A DNA stretch of 64,000 nt, from the NCBI GenBank assembly GCA_964036045.1, contig OZ038379.1, forward strand, positions 52,576,001 through 52,640,000, read 5' to 3'. This document shows, piece after piece, positions 60,987-64,000 of this stretch. The stretch comes from Eutreptiella sp. 'Long Island Sound 2002' (lineage: Eukaryota > Protista > Euglenida). The number at the start of each line of letters is the position of its first letter. Position 1 is the first letter of the stretch. The notes beneath the pieces were generated by a model that was not told where the DNA came from, did not search any database, and was given only the letters and a program-made list of their open reading frames with translations. The translations under genes were made by a program, and so were the position numbers.

Positions 60987-63590
60987 TCACCCAAGCTCGT
61001 TGCGCTCGTCCCGGAGCTTGCCAGCAGTAATGCAACAATTGACATTGTTGCGCACCAACAAAGTGTTTACACCATGAAGCATAGCAACTTGTTGATTCAC
61101 GCAATGCCTCGACCGTACACGGATGCGGTTATGGTCAGCGTGTTGGGATTCCATGGGTTCTTCATCAGCATACCCGCAAAATTTGTGGTGCATGATGAAT
61201 TGGATCCCATGGGTTAGGGCAAGGTAAAGCTTAGGGGTAGGCTTCTCGTTCGGGAAGTTGCATGCAAAGAAACCCGAGAAGCTGGCGGCGCGAACAATGA
61301 GCATTTCAATGAGGTGAGGGTTAGCCGTGTAATCAATGCTACCCCCCATCAGGCGTTGCAGAGCCGCCCACTTTGTGAATCGGTGCACCCATCTCTGCCG
61401 AACTCGCAAGGCAGCTTGGTACTCCACATCGCGCTTAAGGTTAGACCCAACCAATGCATATGCAAATCTCTTGTCCTGCAACCGGAACTCAAGATCCGCA
61501 ACATCATCCCACCGCCCTTGCCTTTTGGCCTTGCGGATTTGGTTCTTTAGAAAACTGATTCGTCCACGGAGAGCGACAACTCTTCTCCGTTGTTCCGACC
61601 ACCGCCGCAAGCAAGGCTCACTAATGGCTACGGCTATGCGTTGTGTGCAAAGGAGCTTGCAATATTTGCCTATGTAGGCATGCCCAAAATAGGCAGTTTT
61701 TGAGATGCCAAAATGGGCCAACGCAGCCTTGTATGCTTGCACATGGATTCCGTCTGCCTTACTATAGCTCACCTCGGCCTCATGCAACTCACGCTTTGCG
61801 GTTTCCAGGGCCTCATTGGCAATGCCATCGGCATTTTTCAACCTACGCACCTCTTCCTCCTTCTCCGGCAACTCATTTTGGGTTGCCACATCTCTCCACA
61901 AAGCACGTCTCTCCCGTTGCTTGCGGCCTTCTCCACGAGTGGGGAGCCACCCATACCCTTCGGCCTTGGCAAGAAAACGATCACCTATGCGATCCCTTGC
62001 TGCAATAGCCTCTGATGCCACATCATTACACATGTCCTCAACACTTTCCCTCAGTGCAGTCAACTCGGCCATGCTTTGCTGCAACACATCATGGTGTGCC
62101 TTCGCGGCACGTTCCTTTCCCTCTACCACCGATTGCAAGCGCTCTACTTCCTTTCGGGCCTCTCTACGTTGTGTGGTCTCCGTTTGGGTCTGCCCTTCAT
62201 CATCCAATGCACAATAGAAAGCTTCCAATTCTTGGCAAGACTTGCCAACAATTCCCAAATTGTTGTGAACGGGGGCGGGGACAACATACATCGCGCCGAT
62301 GTTAAAGAGAGGGTCACCCTTTGTTACACTTGAGCACGCAACACTATTCTCATGCCTCTTCTTTTCCCCCTGCCCCAAGCGAACACGCTCCCTCTCCAAG
62401 TCAGCATAGTTGGCTGCATCCTCAACTATTTCATGCCTTTGCCTCGTCCCCGCCCAAATCCAACCCACAATCTCGCGATATTTCGGATGCATTGCACCAA
62501 CGCGCCCATCCACGAATTGAAAAGGGGACACGCTTTGGTACTTCCCCAAGACGGGGCCACCTGGAATGCGACCGGGAACAAGGTCATTCAACACACTATA
62601 ATCCAATGCATTGAAAAACGTAGAAGATGCACCGGAATGACCATGCAAAGTAGACACCATAGCCATATGGAGTGTGCCAAACTTCGGAACCTTCATCACA
62701 ACATGTTCGCGAGGTTTGACCTCTTTGTAAACCTTGGACTTCAAACGCCCCAAATCGGAGGTGTCTCCTTGAGAGGTCCACTCCATAAAGTCCCGCATCA
62801 AATTCGCACGCCTCCGAATTTGTCTATCACCAACGTCCATTTTTTGAGGAAGAGGCACGTTTAGAAACACCTTTGGTCTCCCGCCCGTTGCAACAGTAAG
62901 CGCATCAAACCCTTCCAAATTGTATGTCGCACGGGAGGCAAGTTGTTGAAATGCCTCTTGTTCCATGGCATCCAAAGGTGTGCCCTTTGACCGTGCTTTC
63001 CCCACAAAAAAATAGTTCTTCTTCAACCCACCCATGGCAGCTGCCAAGCGCAAGAATTTGCTTCGCCAATCCACCTCTTTAGCCTCTTCCAAATCCTCTA
63101 ACAAATCGGCCTCCGGCCGGGCCATTTGCCACTCTTCAAGTTGAGATAGCAAGGCCTTTAACTCTCGTGCCATAGGTGGTTCCTTAGATTTGGATTTGGA
63201 AGAGGGTGTGGCAAAAAGTAATGCCTTGGGGACGATGGCCTTGTGAGGGGTGGAAAAAGAAGAATCAGAAGAAGGTGTGGCGATTTTCTTTTGAGAGGGC
63301 TCATTTGGGGAAGGGGAAGGCTCCAAAGGGCGCTTGGAGGACAATTGGGTGTCCCAAACCTCGGAGTTCTTACCCTCAGGAGTGGTAGGCACCCTTTGTG
63401 GCAAGTTCAAATCACATTGCCTACAAATTACAAGCAACTTGGTAATTTTCTTGGCTGTGGCCATGGCAACACCATCCGCAAAATCAATGTTCCTTTCCCT
63501 AGGAGTCAACTCACGGCACTCCTTCCAAGCAAACCCTTTGCGGTGAGCCACACACCAACCTGCGGTGGTCTTGAAGGTTGGCTTGTCACC
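60987..63590 (-). CDS. Chapaev/Transib-like (CMC group) transposase-derived ORF, ~870 aa
   Basis: PLFNIG...VPAPVHNNLGIV, a long coiled coil, GISKTAYFGHAYIGKYCKLL, TPKLY..LTHG...GYADEEPMESQH..HN; probable acceptor TTTGCAG| near 63590. Confidence 0.7.
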   Translation of the reverse strand, partial: GDKPTFKTTAGWCVAHRKGFAWKECRELTPRERNIDFADGVAMATAKKITKLLVICRQCDLNLPQRVPTTPEGKNSEVWDTQLSSKRPLEPSPSPNEPSQKKIATPSSDSSFSTPHKAIVPKALLFATPSSKSKSKEPPMARELKALLSQLEEWQMARPEADLLEDLEEAKEVDWRSKFLRLAAAMGGLKKNYFFVGKARSKGTPLDAMEQEAFQQLASRATYNLEGFDALTVATGGRPKVFLNVPLPQKMDVGDRQIRRRANLMRDFMEWTSQGDTSDLGRLKSKVYKEVKPREHVVMKVPKFGTLHMAMVSTLHGHSGASSTFFNALDYSVLNDLVPGRIPGGPVLGKYQSVSPFQFVDGRVGAMHPKYREIVGWIWAGTRQRHEIVEDAANYADLERERVRLGQGEKKRHENSVACSSVTKGDPLFNIGAMYVVPAPVHNNLGIVGKSCQELEAFYCALDDEGQTQTETTQRREARKEVERLQSVVEGKERAAKAHHDVLQQSMAELTALRESVEDMCNDVASEAIAARDRIGDRFLAKAEGYGWLPTRGEGRKQRERRALWRDVATQNELPEKEEEVRRLKNADGIANEALETAKRELHEAEVSYSKADGIHVQAYKAALAHFGISKTAYFGHAYIGKYCKLLCTQRIAVAISEPCLRRWSEQRRRVVALRGRISFLKNQIRKAKRQGRWDDVADLEFRLQDKRFAYALVGSNLKRDVEYQAALRVRQRWVHRFTKWAALQRLMGGSIDYTANPHLIEMLIVRAASFSGFFACNFPNEKPTPKLYLALTHGIQFIMHHKFCGYADEEPMESQHADHNRIRVRSRHCVNQQVAMLHGVNTLLVRNNVNCCITAGKLRDERNELG

Positions 63591-64000
63591 ACCTGCAAAC
63601 AAAAAGGACACAACAAATTGGAACTCTAAATTGTGGCAATGACGAAATCGGAAATGCACAAGGAAGCATGTCACAAAACTGTTCCCAATGCCTTGGACAA
63701 TCGTGATTCAAATTGAACAACAAAGACAACCCTCACACACCAGGACCATAATGTCATCATTCATGCCAAAATCACAAATTACCCTTGAAATCGCAACTTG
63801 ACCTTGCTAGATTTGAACATATGATAAGCACAGGCCATACCTTCGGACATATTGGTGAAGTGCGCCACAGCCAGAAAAGCTACGAAACCAAGTGCCAAGC
63901 ACAACCAAAGGCGACACATGAAAACAAGGTCTGCGATACAGTCATTCATTGCGAAACACGACAAATGGTGCCAGAAACGCTCGCAAACAACTAACAGTCA

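Noticed and set aside
60349-60990. DIRS left ITR
   Set aside because: Neither the inverse of the right-end sequence nor the ICR-predicted terminus is present

Overview
Eukaryotic, transposon-dense 64-kb window. The organism cannot be identified from sequence alone; TTAGGG tracts, multi-kb GT-AG introns and GC3-rich exons suggest a large-genome protist such as a euglenid (inference). One host gene is supportable: a minus-strand leucine-rich-repeat protein. Its five exons (37194-36835, 35433-34894, 27829-27491, 25173-24855, 21189-20736) splice in frame to at least 670 aa of tandem tropomodulin/RNI-like modules; its 3' end was not found. Almost everything else is nested mobile DNA. (1) A near-complete DIRS tyrosine-recombinase retrotransposon (gag, RT-RNase H, adenine-MTase-like domain, YR, 79-bp ICR-type inverted repeat) split by a TA-flanked insertion. 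(2) A 5.1-kb piggyBac-like element with ATAT target duplication and extra spliced exons. (3) A CGGBP1-type hAT remnant. (4) A long Chapaev/Transib-like ORF. (5) Penelope-like RT fragments, MITEs and a tRNA-like SINE head. The most notable pattern is a group of TA-inserting elements with RAG1/Transib/Chapaev-type transposase motifs. These, and the piggyBac-like element, fill their introns and spacers with family-specific short-motif arrays and carry Tudor/SH3-like accessory ORFs. All family assignments come from motif recognition by eye; no searches were run.
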